64,000 nucleotides of DNA from Candidatus Levybacteria bacterium RIFCSPHIGHO2_01_FULL_40_16 (GTDB lineage: Bacteria; Patescibacteriota; Microgenomatia; Levybacterales; UBA12049). Under the pieces are notes generated by a model. It did no database searches, had not been told where the DNA came from, and saw nothing but the letters and a program-made list of their open reading frames with translations. The DNA lies in contig MFNS01000001.1 in NCBI GenBank assembly GCA_001783805.1, forward strand, positions 649 through 64,648, given 5' to 3'. Within the stretch, counting starts at the first letter, position 1; every line of letters begins with the position of its first letter. The position numbers and the translations under genes were made by a program. Below, piece after piece: positions 28,714 through 39,065 of this stretch.

Positions 28714-29422
28714 AGTTCCGGAATTATCAATATTTTTTCCTTTTTGGAATGAGGAAAAAAATATAGTCAAAGTGGTAAATAGCGCAATCTCCGTTGCTTC
28801 AAAAATTGCTGAAAAATGGGAAATAATTATGATTGATGACGGATCTTCCGACAAGACTATAGAAATTGCTAAAAAATTACTAGAGTCAAGTCTCGGACTG
28901 AGACTCATCGCGCATAAGCCTAACCGTGGATATGGTGCGGCACTTAAGGAAGGCTTAAATAATGCAAGATATAAATTAATTGTTTTTACAGATGGTGATG
29001 GACAATTTGATTTTTCGGAAGTCGTAAGATTTATAGAAAAAATAAATAAAGCCGATATGGTGATTGGCTATAGACAAAAAAGGAGGGATCATCCCTTCAG
29101 GCATTTTTTGATGATTCTTTTAAAAATTTGGGATTTTATTTTCTTCGGATTTTACTTCAGGGATATAGATTGCGGCTTCAAGATGTTCAAAAAGGATTCA
29201 CTCAAAAAGATATTGCCGCTAAGATCCGAAGGGGCGATGATTACTACGGAAATTTTGGCCCGCGCGAAAAAGGCAAATCTTAAGATAGAACAGGTGAGAG
29301 TAACTCATTATCCAAGAATTTATGGCGATCAAAGCGGAGGGAATTTGAGAGTAATTATAAGGGCAATTAGAGAAAGTTTTTTTCTTTGGTCAGATCTTAA
29401 TTTTAATTATGGAAGAAATTGA
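28706..29422 (+). CDS. GT2 polyprenyl-phosphate sugar synthase (Dpm1-like)
   Basis: 'IIMIDDGSSDKT' and 'TDGDGQFD' motifs. 238 aa. Confidence 0.8.
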   Translation: MNKVPELSIFFPFWNEEKNIVKVVNSAISVASKIAEKWEIIMIDDGSSDKTIEIAKKLLESSLGLRLIAHKPNRGYGAALKEGLNNARYKLIVFTDGDGQFDFSEVVRFIEKINKADMVIGYRQKRRDHPFRHFLMILLKIWDFIFFGFYFRDIDCGFKMFKKDSLKKILPLRSEGAMITTEILARAKKANLKIEQVRVTHYPRIYGDQSGGNLRVIIRAIRESFFLWSDLNFNYGRN

Positions 29423-30863
29423 CATTGCGTTAGTAACCAAAAGGTCAATCCGTGGAATTTTTGCCTTAGCTTCAAGGACTTTTTTCTTGCAAATTGTCAA
29501 TTTCACAGGAAATCTTTTGCTCACCATATTCTTATCACCTTCTTCTTTTGGAATATTCTTTGTTGTTTCGGCCGCGATTGCTTTTCTATCTTACTTTTCG
29601 GATATTGGGTTAGCTGCGGCACTTATTCAGAAAAAAGAAGCGATTACCCAAAAAGATCTAAAGACGACTTTTACCATACAGCAAATATTGGTAATAACGG
29701 TTGTAGTTATTGCCCTTTTGTCAGCTAAATCTATTGGCTCTTTTTATAATTTAACTGGCGACGGCGTGGTATTATTTCAAGCCCTGGCAATTTCATTCTT
29801 CTTCTCTTCTTTAAAGACTATTCCCTCCATTCTTCTTGAAAGAGAGCTTAGGTTTGAGAAACTTGTTTTACCTCAAATTGTGGAAACGTTATTTTTCAAT
29901 GTTACGGCGGTAGTTTTAGCGATTAATGGTTTTGGAATTTCCAGTTTTACCTATGCGGTATTAGCCAGAGGACTCTCCGGCCTTATTGTTATTTACTTAA
30001 TAAGTCCTTGGAGAATTGGGTTCGGACTCTACAGGGAATGCACTTCTAAACTTTTATCGTTCGGTGTTCCGTTTCAACTGAATAGCTTCCTAGCTTTGGT
30101 TAAGGATGATTTGCTTATTGCGTATCTGGGAAAAGTTTTGCCAATTGCTCAAGTAGGATACATCGGGTTCGCGCAAAAATGGGCATTTACCCCATTGAGA
30201 TTGATTATGGACAATGTTATCAGAATTACTTTTCCTTCTTTTTCCAGGCTTCAGGAGAATAAGGACATCCTGAAAAAAGCCATAGAAAAATCGATCTACG
30301 CGGCGTGTTTTTTGATATTTCCTTCGATCGTAGGCTTGGTTATGCTTTCTCCGTATTTTATTAATTTGATTCCAAAATATATCAAATGGGAACCTGCACT
30401 TTTATCCCTAGCTTTTTTCTCAATAAATGCGGCTTTGTCTTCAATTTCAACTCCCTTAACCAATGCTTTAAATGCGATAGGAAAAATAAAAACAACGCTA
30501 TATTTAATGATTTTTTGGACGATAGCAACTTGGGTTATTACACCACTTGCGATTTTTATTTTAGGTTTTAACGGTGTGGCAATTGCCTCCGCGGTAATTT
30601 CCTGTTCAGTTATTGCCGTTGTTTATTTGGTAAAGAAATACATTGAATTTGATTTAGCGAAAACAATATTTTTTCCTTTTTTAGGCTCGGTTATTATGGG
30701 TTTGGCAATTTATTTCCTAAGTCCAATTTTCATTAAGGACATTATTTCACTGATTCTTATGATTTTGCTAGGCGCTGTGATATACTTTTTTACGATATTA
30801 CTTTTTGCCAGAAAGCAATTTATGGATGATTTGAAGCTAATTAAGGAGAATATCAAGAATTAA
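29409..30863 (+). CDS. Wzx-like oligosaccharide flippase (MOP superfamily polysaccharide biosynthesis protein)
   Basis: 484 aa, ~12-14 TM helices. Typical PST-family N-terminus. Confidence 0.7.
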   Translation: MEEIDIALVTKRSIRGIFALASRTFFLQIVNFTGNLLLTIFLSPSSFGIFFVVSAAIAFLSYFSDIGLAAALIQKKEAITQKDLKTTFTIQQILVITVVVIALLSAKSIGSFYNLTGDGVVLFQALAISFFFSSLKTIPSILLERELRFEKLVLPQIVETLFFNVTAVVLAINGFGISSFTYAVLARGLSGLIVIYLISPWRIGFGLYRECTSKLLSFGVPFQLNSFLALVKDDLLIAYLGKVLPIAQVGYIGFAQKWAFTPLRLIMDNVIRITFPSFSRLQENKDILKKAIEKSIYAACFLIFPSIVGLVMLSPYFINLIPKYIKWEPALLSLAFFSINAALSSISTPLTNALNAIGKIKTTLYLMIFWTIATWVITPLAIFILGFNGVAIASAVISCSVIAVVYLVKKYIEFDLAKTIFFPFLGSVIMGLAIYFLSPIFIKDIISLILMILLGAVIYFFTILLFARKQFMDDLKLIKENIKN

Positions 30864-30864
30864 A

Positions 30865-31779
30865 ATGAATAAAATTTCAGCTGTAGTTTCGGTTTACAAT
30901 GAAGAAAAAAATATTGAGAGATGCCTGCTGTCCCTGGCTTTCGCGGATGAAATAGTAATTGTAGATAATAACTCCACGGACAAAACAGTAGAGATTGCCA
31001 AGAAATTTACAGACAAAATATATAGTCAAAAAAATGACCCCTCAAAAATTGATATCCAGAAAAATTTTGGTTTTGATAAAGCAACGGGCAATTGGATTTT
31101 GAGTATCGATGCGGATGAGGAGGTTAGTCCCAAACTTGCGGAAGAAATTAAAAAAGAAATGAAAAAAGAATTTAAAAATTCCGTAAATGGTTATTATCTG
31201 TCTCGAAAAAATATAATTTTCGGAAAATGGATTGCGCATTCGGGTTGGTATCCTGATTTTCAGCTGCGGCTTTTTAAAAAAGGAAAAGGGAAATTTACAA
31301 AAGCCCATGTGCATGAACCTTTATCTTTGAATGGAGAAACAAAATATCTCAAAAATGAGGTTGTTCATCATAATTACAATACCCTGACCCAATTTCTACA
31401 AAAAGCAATTAATATTTATGTTCCCAGCGAAGCTAAAAACAGACTTGATAGCGGATATGTTTTTTCTTATGCAGATGCGATCCGTTTTCCTTTGAAAGAA
31501 TTTTTAAGCAGATTTTTTTCCAGAAAAGGATACAAAGACGGGTTTCATGGATTAATGTTGTCAATGTTAATGGCCTTTTATCATTTTCTAGTATTTGCGA
31601 AAATCTGGGAGATTAATAAATTTAAAGATTTGGATGAAAGGCAAACGCGAGAATTCATTAAAAATGAATTTAAAAAATCAAAAAAAGAATTATCGTTTTG
31701 GTTTACAAAAGAAAAAATTGATGAGATTAAGAATCCTTTAAAGAAAGTGATCCATAAATTATTTAATAAAATCTCCTAA
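30865..31779 (+). CDS. GT2 glycosyltransferase (Leloir-type)
   Basis: 'SAVVSVYNEEKNIERCL', 'IVDNNSTDKT', 'DADE'. Confidence 0.8.
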   Translation: MNKISAVVSVYNEEKNIERCLLSLAFADEIVIVDNNSTDKTVEIAKKFTDKIYSQKNDPSKIDIQKNFGFDKATGNWILSIDADEEVSPKLAEEIKKEMKKEFKNSVNGYYLSRKNIIFGKWIAHSGWYPDFQLRLFKKGKGKFTKAHVHEPLSLNGETKYLKNEVVHHNYNTLTQFLQKAINIYVPSEAKNRLDSGYVFSYADAIRFPLKEFLSRFFSRKGYKDGFHGLMLSMLMAFYHFLVFAKIWEINKFKDLDERQTREFIKNEFKKSKKELSFWFTKEKIDEIKNPLKKVIHKLFNKIS

Positions 31780-31789
31780 ATATAATTTT

Positions 31790-32707
31790 ATGAGAAGTGT
31801 CTTCGTTTCAATATTAAATTTCAATGGAAGCAATAATACTTTGGATTGCCTGGAATCTTTAAGAAAAATAAATACCTCGGATTTTAAACTGACAATTCTT
31901 GTAATAGATAATAATTCTTCGGAAAAACTTAATATGCAAAACGGATCATTTGGGGAAATTAAGCTTAAAGTAATTAAAAATAAACAAAATCTTGGTTTTT
32001 CCGGCGGTCATAATATCGGAATTAAATATGCTTTAGAATGTGGCGCAGATTACATATTGATTCTAAACAATGATACTTATGTAGATAATAATTTCCTCGT
32101 GGAACTGCTTAGGGTAATGGGGGAAAATAAAAATGTGGGAATTGTGGTTCCCAAGATTTATTTTGCGCCGGGATTTGAATATCATAAGGATAGATATTCA
32201 GAAAAGGAAAAGGGGAAAGTATTGTGGTATGCCGGAGGAAAAATGGACTGGAACAACGTTATCGGGCACAATCGGGGCGTAGATGAATTAGATAAGGGAC
32301 AATTTGACAAAGTTGAAGAAACAGAATTTGCGACAGGCTGTTGTATGCTAATAAAAAAAGAAGTCTTTGAAAAGATTGGCAGTTTTGATGATAAATATTT
32401 TCTATATTACGAGGATGCCGACTTCACTGTGAAGGCAAAAAAGAAAGGCTTTAGGATTTATTATGTACCAAAATCTATAATCTGGCACAAAAATGCCGAG
32501 TCAGCGGGAGGATCAGGCTCTGTTCTCCAAGATTATTACATAACCAGAAACCGCTTGTTGTTTGGATTTAGGTATGCTCCGGCTCGTTCCCGATTGGCGC
32601 TTTTTAGAGAAAGTCTATCTTTACTTTTGAAGGGAAGGCAATGGCAGAAGCAAGGAATAAAGGATTTTTATCTGGGCAAATTTGGAAAGGGGAGCTATAA
32701 TTTATGA
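31790..32707 (+). CDS. GT2 glycosyltransferase (rhamnosyltransferase-like)
   Basis: 'VSILNFNG', 'VIDNNSS', 'YYEDAD'. Confidence 0.75.
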   Translation: MRSVFVSILNFNGSNNTLDCLESLRKINTSDFKLTILVIDNNSSEKLNMQNGSFGEIKLKVIKNKQNLGFSGGHNIGIKYALECGADYILILNNDTYVDNNFLVELLRVMGENKNVGIVVPKIYFAPGFEYHKDRYSEKEKGKVLWYAGGKMDWNNVIGHNRGVDELDKGQFDKVEETEFATGCCMLIKKEVFEKIGSFDDKYFLYYEDADFTVKAKKKGFRIYYVPKSIIWHKNAESAGGSGSVLQDYYITRNRLLFGFRYAPARSRLALFRESLSLLLKGRQWQKQGIKDFYLGKFGKGSYNL

Positions 32708-33456
32708 TTAAAATTTCGGGAGTTGTAATTGCGAAAAACGCAGAAAATTTGATTGCAGATTGCCTGGATTCATTATCTTTTTGCGATGAGATTATAGTTA
32801 TTGATAATAAATCCGAGGATAGAACCGGAGAAATCGCAGAGAAAATGGGAGCCAAGGCTTATGAGTATTCTTCAGATGATTTCTCAGATATGAGAAATAT
32901 GGGCATGAGAAAAGCAACCGGCGAATGGATCTTATACGTAGACGTAGATGAAAGAGTAACTAAGAAGCTGGCATTGTGCATCAAGAGTCAAATAGCAAGC
33001 GCTGAAGATAATAATGTTTCCGCCTATAAAATTCAGAGAAAGAATTTTTATTTTGGCAATCATGAATGGCCATACATCGAGCATAAAGAAAGATTGTTTA
33101 AAAAGGATAAGTTGGATGGATGGCATGGCAAATTACATGAAGGCCCGCGGATTAGAGGCAATATTGGAATGCTTGAGGGATATCTTCTTCACTACACTCA
33201 TCGCGATTTAAAATCAATGGTAGAAAAGACAATGGAATGGTCAAAAGTCGAAGCTGAACTACGCTATAAGTCTGGACATCCTAAAATAACCTGGTGGAGG
33301 TTTCCCCGCGTCATGCTAACTGCTTTCTTTGATTCATACATAAGGCAGGGAGGATGGAAAGCTGGAGCAGTAGGACTAATAGAGAGCATGTATCAATCTT
33401 TTAGCATTTTCGTTACTTATGCCAGATTATGGGAAATGCAACAGGAAAAGAAATAA
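32704..33456 (+). CDS. GT2 glycosyltransferase (Leloir-type)
   Basis: 'ISGVVIAKNAENLIADCL', 'IVIDNKSEDRT', 'DVDE'. Confidence 0.8.
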   Translation: MIKISGVVIAKNAENLIADCLDSLSFCDEIIVIDNKSEDRTGEIAEKMGAKAYEYSSDDFSDMRNMGMRKATGEWILYVDVDERVTKKLALCIKSQIASAEDNNVSAYKIQRKNFYFGNHEWPYIEHKERLFKKDKLDGWHGKLHEGPRIRGNIGMLEGYLLHYTHRDLKSMVEKTMEWSKVEAELRYKSGHPKITWWRFPRVMLTAFFDSYIRQGGWKAGAVGLIESMYQSFSIFVTYARLWEMQQEKK

Positions 33457-33466
33457 AATATTGAGA

Positions 33467-33733
33467 TTATGACTTTGACTTCCAGAACCGCAAATCGTTC
33501 AAAACCATCCTCTTTTTAGCGAAGCGGAAGAGATAAGCAATTTCCAGAATTCCAACGGTATTTACAACTAGTATTACAATAAACCAATTCTTTTGACTAT
33601 TTTTTGATGCATTCCACAGGGCAAGGCCTTTCCAGGCAACTGACCAAGCCAGCAAAGTAAGCTGCAAAAGAGGCGAGATAAAAGGAAATGAATCCATAAC
33701 TCTTAGATTATCATAGCTCTGTGAGCTTTGCAA
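33467..33733 (-). CDS. Small hypothetical membrane protein
   Basis: 88-aa ORF (TTG start; internal ATG alternative) with two hydrophobic helices. Antisense to the cluster. Confidence 0.35.
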   Translation of the reverse strand: MQSSQSYDNLRVMDSFPFISPLLQLTLLAWSVAWKGLALWNASKNSQKNWFIVILVVNTVGILEIAYLFRFAKKRMVLNDLRFWKSKS

Positions 33734-33763
33734 GAGCAGTAAAAGTTGATAGAATTGAATGAT

Positions 33764-33816
33764 GACCCCACTTCGTCCCGATCAGCGGGACTTCGAGGGG
33801 TCATGCCTCCGAAGCG
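33764..33816. promoter_or_regulatory. GC-rich imperfect palindrome GACCCC-ACTTCG-TCCCG-atcag-CGGGA-CTTCGA-GGGGTC with an overlapping alternative stem (CTTCGAGG...CCTCCGAAG)
   Basis: Direct reading. Sits in a 132-nt divergent intergenic region that is otherwise AT-rich. Confidence 0.4.
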
Positions 33817-33865
33817 GAAATTATTATTTACAGTATATGTTTAAAATAAAAAGGAGCGAAGAGGC

Positions 33866-34942
33866 ATGAGGATTGGGATCTACGATCCGTATCTGGATAC
33901 CTTGAGTGGAGGAGAAAAATATATGCTATCAGCGGCATCATGTTTGGCTAAGGAACATAAAGTATTTATTTTTTGGGATAAGGATAAAGAAACCGAAATA
34001 AAGCAAACGGCCGTCAAAAAACTAGGAATAAATTTATCTTCCGTTGAACTTTATAGGAACATATTTGATAAGAATGTCTCTTCGACAACTCGTTTTATTG
34101 AATCTGGGAAGTTTGATGCGATAATCTATTTAAGCGATGGAAGTATTCCGCTTGTTCGAACAAAATTATACGTCCATTTTCAGTTCCCAATAGAGTGGGT
34201 TGATGGCAATTCATTGAGAACTAAATTTAAATTAATTTTTGTTAAAGACATATTCTGCAATTCTTATTTCACAAAGGATCTTATAGACAAAAAACTACAT
34301 GTCAATAGTAAAGTTATTTATCCACCCGTTGTTCTCAATAGGGATAAAAAAATCAAAAAAGAAAATATTATCCTACATGTCGGTAGACTTTCTGTGAATG
34401 AGAGCGGAGTAAATTATAAAAAACAAGATATTATGATTAAGGCTTTTAAAAAATTGATAGATGGAGGTTTGAAAAATTGGGAGTTTGTGATTGTGATAGG
34501 AGTTAAGGGTGAAGATAGAACAGCTCTTAATAAACTTAAGGAAATGTCCAAAGGATATCTGATTAAAATTCTAGATAATCCTTCGAACAAAACTCTTTGG
34601 GAAAATTATTCAAAGGCAAGAATTTATTGGCATGCGACCGGATACGGTGAAAATCTGCAAAAATATCCCGAAAGAGCAGAGCATTTTGGGATTTCCACGG
34701 TTGAAGCAATGGGGTCGGGTTGTGTGCCGGTGGTATTCAATGCAGGAGGACAAAAAGAAATAGTTGAAGATAATAAGAGTGGATATCTGTGCAACGGCAT
34801 GGAAGATTTTATAGTAAAAACTAATGGATTAATTGGGAATGAAGATTTACTAAGGAGAATGTCTTTGGAATCAATAAAAAGATCGGATGTATTTAGTTTA
34901 GATAAGTTCTGCAGCAGCCTAAAAACGTTATTAACTAAATGA
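33866..34942 (+). CDS. GT4 (GT-B fold) glycosyltransferase
   Basis: C-terminal 'EHFGISTVEAMGSGCVPVVFNAGGQKEIV' EX7E-type motif. Confidence 0.8.
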   Translation: MRIGIYDPYLDTLSGGEKYMLSAASCLAKEHKVFIFWDKDKETEIKQTAVKKLGINLSSVELYRNIFDKNVSSTTRFIESGKFDAIIYLSDGSIPLVRTKLYVHFQFPIEWVDGNSLRTKFKLIFVKDIFCNSYFTKDLIDKKLHVNSKVIYPPVVLNRDKKIKKENIILHVGRLSVNESGVNYKKQDIMIKAFKKLIDGGLKNWEFVIVIGVKGEDRTALNKLKEMSKGYLIKILDNPSNKTLWENYSKARIYWHATGYGENLQKYPERAEHFGISTVEAMGSGCVPVVFNAGGQKEIVEDNKSGYLCNGMEDFIVKTNGLIGNEDLLRRMSLESIKRSDVFSLDKFCSSLKTLLTK

Positions 34943-37185
34943 AAAGAATATTGCCGTATTTATCTATAATTTTACTGGCTTTTGTGTTTTTTTGGCAATT
35001 TTTTATTAAGGGATTGTTTCCAATTCCGGCAGATACAATTGTTGGGCTTTACTATCCGTTTAGAGATTTATATGCAAAAGATTATCCAAATGGTATTCCG
35101 TTCAAAAATTTTTTAATAACAGATCCTGTTAGACAGCAATATCCTTGGCGGAAATTAGCAATCTCAGCGGAAAAAAATTTCGAATTACCGTTATGGAATC
35201 CATATAATTTTTCAGGAACTCCGCTTTTGGCTAATTTTCAGTCAGCCTCTCTTTATCCGCTTAATATTTTATTTTTTTTAATGCCATTTGATGTTGGATG
35301 GAGTTTGGTAATCTTTCTGGGACCATTATTAAGTGGGCTATTTTTATTTCTATATCTTAACAATTTTAAACTTAATAAATGGGCGAGTTTATTGGGAGCA
35401 TTTGCGTTTGCTTTCTCGGGTTTTTTCATATCCTGGTTAGAATGGGGAACGATAACTCATGTTGGATTATGGTTACCGTTAATTCTTCTTTCAATTGATA
35501 AACTTGTATCAAGTATCAAGTATCAAGTATTAAGTATAAGAAATAAAAAGCTTGTTGCATGGATTATTATTTATTTATTCTCTTTAACGTCTTCATTTTT
35601 TGCAGGCCATCTCCAAATATTTTTCTACCTTTTTATTCTTTCGTGGGTTTATTTTTTAGCTCGATGGGTTCAATGCAAAGCACAGAAAAAGACACTATTT
35701 TTATTCATAATTCTTAATTCATTATTCATAATTCTTGCTTCTGTTCAGTGGATTCCAACTTTTCAATTTATTTCTTTATCAGCTCGAAATATAGATGTAG
35801 TAAATCTTAACAATTCCGGCTGGTTTATTCCCTGGCAGCATCTTACTCAATTTGTCGTTCCCGATTTCTTTGGTAATCCTACGACACTTAATTATTGGGG
35901 AGTATGGAATTATGGAGAGCTTGTTGGCTATATCGGAATAATTCCTTTTATTTTGGCATTATTTGCCATGTTTTTCAGGAGAGATAAGAAAACTCTGTTT
36001 TTTGGAACAATCTTTTTCATGGGTATAATTTTTGCTTTCCCCACCTTTTTTGCAAAAATTCCATATCTTCTTAAAATTCCCTTTCTTAGTACTGCGCAAC
36101 CGACGCGTTTAATATTCATAATAGATTTTGCTTTGGCTGTTTTATCCGCTTTGGGATTTGACTATCTGCTAAAAACAAAAAATAAAAAGACAATAATTTA
36201 CCCTTTGAGTTTCCTTCTAGTTATTTTGGTAAGTCTTTGGATCTTTATTCCTAAAGAGCACCTAGCGGTTATAAAAAGCAATTTAATATTCCCCACTCTT
36301 CTTTTTACATTTTCTTTAATTTTATTTATTGTCCTAACAATTTTTCAAAATAAAAAGTTTATCACGATAACGTGTCTGGCTATATTAATAGTTACCGCGT
36401 TTGATTTATTACGTTTTGGTTGGAAATTTACACCGTTTACTAATAATAATTATCTTTTTTCCATTACTCAATCTATCTCATTTTTACAGAAGCAAAAAGG
36501 GCAGTTTAGAATTGCAGCTACAGATCCGAAAATACTTCCGCCTAATTTCTCCAGTATCTATTTGATTCAGAGCGTTGATGGATATGATCCTCTTTATCTT
36601 CAGCGCTATGGAGAATTAATTATAGCAATGGAACGTAATAGACCAGACATTGAGCCACCATTTGGGTTCAATAGAATTATCACCCCTCATAACTATGACT
36701 CAAGAATAATGGACTTGTTGGGAGTTAAATATGTCTTAAGTCTTTCTGCACTTAATTCTCCAAAGCTCACTAAAGTGTTTCAAGAGGGGCAGACGCTGAT
36801 TTATGAGAACAAGAATGTCATGCCTAGAACATTTTTCGTAAAGATGGTAAAAACAGTTAAGAATAAAGAAGATGCTATGAAAATTCTTTTTGATTCTTCG
36901 ATTGATTTAGTTCAGACAGGAATTGTGGAAAATCAAAACGAAGAATTAGCCGCAAGCTGGTCGGTCGGATCGACGAATATAACTCGATATTCTGCAAATA
37001 AAATAATTATTGATACGATAAACGAAGGTACGGGATTTCTTATTTTAACTGACACATTTTATCCAACATGGAGGGTGTCCATAGATGGTAAATCAGCAAA
37101 GTTATATATAGTGGATTATAATTTCAGAGGAGCCGTTGTGCCGTCGGGAGAACACAGTGTAGAATTTTATAATACTTTATTTTAA
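34939..37185 (+). CDS. YfhO-family GT-C membrane glycosyltransferase
   Basis: 748 aa. 'DPVRQQYPWRKL' (YfhO D..QY.P motif). Many TM helices. C-terminal 'FYPTWRVSIDGKSAKL' domain. Confidence 0.7.
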   Translation: MKRILPYLSIILLAFVFFWQFFIKGLFPIPADTIVGLYYPFRDLYAKDYPNGIPFKNFLITDPVRQQYPWRKLAISAEKNFELPLWNPYNFSGTPLLANFQSASLYPLNILFFLMPFDVGWSLVIFLGPLLSGLFLFLYLNNFKLNKWASLLGAFAFAFSGFFISWLEWGTITHVGLWLPLILLSIDKLVSSIKYQVLSIRNKKLVAWIIIYLFSLTSSFFAGHLQIFFYLFILSWVYFLARWVQCKAQKKTLFLFIILNSLFIILASVQWIPTFQFISLSARNIDVVNLNNSGWFIPWQHLTQFVVPDFFGNPTTLNYWGVWNYGELVGYIGIIPFILALFAMFFRRDKKTLFFGTIFFMGIIFAFPTFFAKIPYLLKIPFLSTAQPTRLIFIIDFALAVLSALGFDYLLKTKNKKTIIYPLSFLLVILVSLWIFIPKEHLAVIKSNLIFPTLLFTFSLILFIVLTIFQNKKFITITCLAILIVTAFDLLRFGWKFTPFTNNNYLFSITQSISFLQKQKGQFRIAATDPKILPPNFSSIYLIQSVDGYDPLYLQRYGELIIAMERNRPDIEPPFGFNRIITPHNYDSRIMDLLGVKYVLSLSALNSPKLTKVFQEGQTLIYENKNVMPRTFFVKMVKTVKNKEDAMKILFDSSIDLVQTGIVENQNEELAASWSVGSTNITRYSANKIIIDTINEGTGFLILTDTFYPTWRVSIDGKSAKLYIVDYNFRGAVVPSGEHSVEFYNTLF
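35504..35538 (+). repeat. Degenerate heptanucleotide tandem repeat TTGTATC-AAGTATC-AAGTATC-AAGTATT-AAGTATA inside the YfhO-family CDS
   Basis: Direct reading. It encodes KLVSSIKYQVLSIRNKK. Confidence 0.85.
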
Positions 37186-37191
37186 AGCAAT

Positions 37192-38142
37192 ATGAATTTA
37201 AGCATAGTTATTCCTAATTACAATGGGAAAGATTTATTAAGGAAAAATTTGCCTAAAGTTATTGAAGCATTGAAGACTTACGGGAGCGGGGAACCAGAAA
37301 TTATTATAGTTGATGATCATTCAACCGATAATTCCATTAAGATAATAGATAAACTTATCGTCAGCAAGTTGCCGGGTTGGAGAGATAGAATAAGGGTTTT
37401 AAAAAATGAGAAAAATTTAGGGTTTGCTAAAACTGTAAATAAAGGCGTAGGACGCGCAAAGGAAAAAGTTGTGATCCTCTTAAATACGGATGTTACTCCG
37501 GAGAAAGATTTTTTAGAGCCTCTTTTGAAACATTTTAAGGATGAAAAAATTTTTGCAGTTGGCTGTATGGATAAAAGCATTGAAGGCAATAAAATTATTC
37601 TTAGGGGCAGAGGATTAGGCAAATGGGAAAAAGGATTATTTGTACATTCGCGCGGAGAAGTTGATAAAACGAGCACTTTTTGGGTCAACGGCGGAAGCGG
37701 AGCGTTTAGGAAAAACATCTGGGAAAAATTAGAAGGATTTAACGAGCTTTACAGTCCTTTTTATTGGGAAGACATAGACTTGTCATATCGAGCGTTGAAA
37801 TCGGGATACAAAATAACTTTTGAGCCCAAAAGCATTGTAATGCATGAACACGAAAAGGGATCAATAAAGAGTACTTATTCAGATTTTGAAGTAAAAACAA
37901 TCGCTTACAGAAATCAGTTTATTTTTGTTTGGGAAAATGCAACAGATTATTCCTTGCAATTTCTCCATCTGGTTTTTCTTCCATATCATTTTATTAAAGC
38001 ATTGTTGGGATTTGATTTGGCATTTTTTATAGGTTTTTTCGAGGCTTTTATTTTGCTTCCGAGAATAATAATTTCCAGCCTTAATTATCAAAAGTTATTT
38101 ATTAAAAAAGATGGAGAAGTTATGAAGGAATTTTTGAAATGA
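37192..38142 (+). CDS. GT2 glycosyltransferase
   Basis: 'LSIVIPNYNGKDLL', 'IIIVDDHSTDNS', 'YWEDIDLSYR'. Confidence 0.8.
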   Translation: MNLSIVIPNYNGKDLLRKNLPKVIEALKTYGSGEPEIIIVDDHSTDNSIKIIDKLIVSKLPGWRDRIRVLKNEKNLGFAKTVNKGVGRAKEKVVILLNTDVTPEKDFLEPLLKHFKDEKIFAVGCMDKSIEGNKIILRGRGLGKWEKGLFVHSRGEVDKTSTFWVNGGSGAFRKNIWEKLEGFNELYSPFYWEDIDLSYRALKSGYKITFEPKSIVMHEHEKGSIKSTYSDFEVKTIAYRNQFIFVWENATDYSLQFLHLVFLPYHFIKALLGFDLAFFIGFFEAFILLPRIIISSLNYQKLFIKKDGEVMKEFLK

Positions 38143-38846
38143 AATTATCAATTATTGTTCCGGTTTTTAACGAGGAGAAGACAATACTTCAAGCTATAGA
38201 TAGAGTTATAGAAGCAAAAATTCCCGATTTTGAAAAAGAAATTATCGTTGTTGATGACGGATCAACAGATGGTACTATTAATGAACTTAAAAAAGCAAAA
38301 GGCAATATAAAAATTATCTATCACAAAGTAAATCAAGGGAAAGGAGCGGCGGTCAAAACCGGCATGAAAAACGCGACGGGAGATTATATAATTATTCAAG
38401 ATGCTGATTTGGAATATAACCCGAAACAGATAAAGCTCTTAACGGAAAAGGTTATAAAAAAGAATGCGAAGGTTGTTTATGGAACCAGATTAAATCGTAT
38501 GCCGCATTTAGACAAAGAAGAAAGTAAGCATTTATTTATTTTTCATTATCTGGGGAATAGATTTCTAAGTTTGATTACCAGTTTGCTTTATGGGCAGTGG
38601 ATCACGGATATGGAAACGTGTTATAAATTATTTCCGAAGAGCGCGCTAGCAAATATCAAGCTCAACGCAAGGGGATTTGAATTTGAACCGGAAATTACGG
38701 CTAAATTGTTAAAAAAAGGCTATAAAATTTTAGAAATTCAAATTTCTACCAAGCCAAGAGGATATGATGAGGGCAAAAAACTAAATACGGTAAAAGATGG
38801 TTTAAAAGCTTTATGGTCGTTAATAAAGTATCGCTTCCTAGATTGA
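38139..38846 (+). CDS. GT2 polyprenyl-phosphate sugar synthase (Dpm1-like)
   Basis: 'LSIIVPVFNEEKTI', 'IIVVDDGSTDGT', 'QDADLEY'. Confidence 0.8.
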   Translation: MKLSIIVPVFNEEKTILQAIDRVIEAKIPDFEKEIIVVDDGSTDGTINELKKAKGNIKIIYHKVNQGKGAAVKTGMKNATGDYIIIQDADLEYNPKQIKLLTEKVIKKNAKVVYGTRLNRMPHLDKEESKHLFIFHYLGNRFLSLITSLLYGQWITDMETCYKLFPKSALANIKLNARGFEFEPEITAKLLKKGYKILEIQISTKPRGYDEGKKLNTVKDGLKALWSLIKYRFLD

Positions 38847-39065
38847 AAGTAATGATTGTTTTTTTAAAAGAATAAAAGTTGGAAGATAAAAATTTTCCTT
38901 CAAAGATAATTTTTGACGCAATAATAATGTTTGTCGTTTTCGATCATAAACACAACTCGACGCATAAAGGGATTAAGGAATATCTTAAGGAGGTGGGGTT
39001 TTCCGATAATAAAATCCCGCATGGTTTTTTGAGCTTTATTTAAGCACATGGTTTAAAACAGAAAA

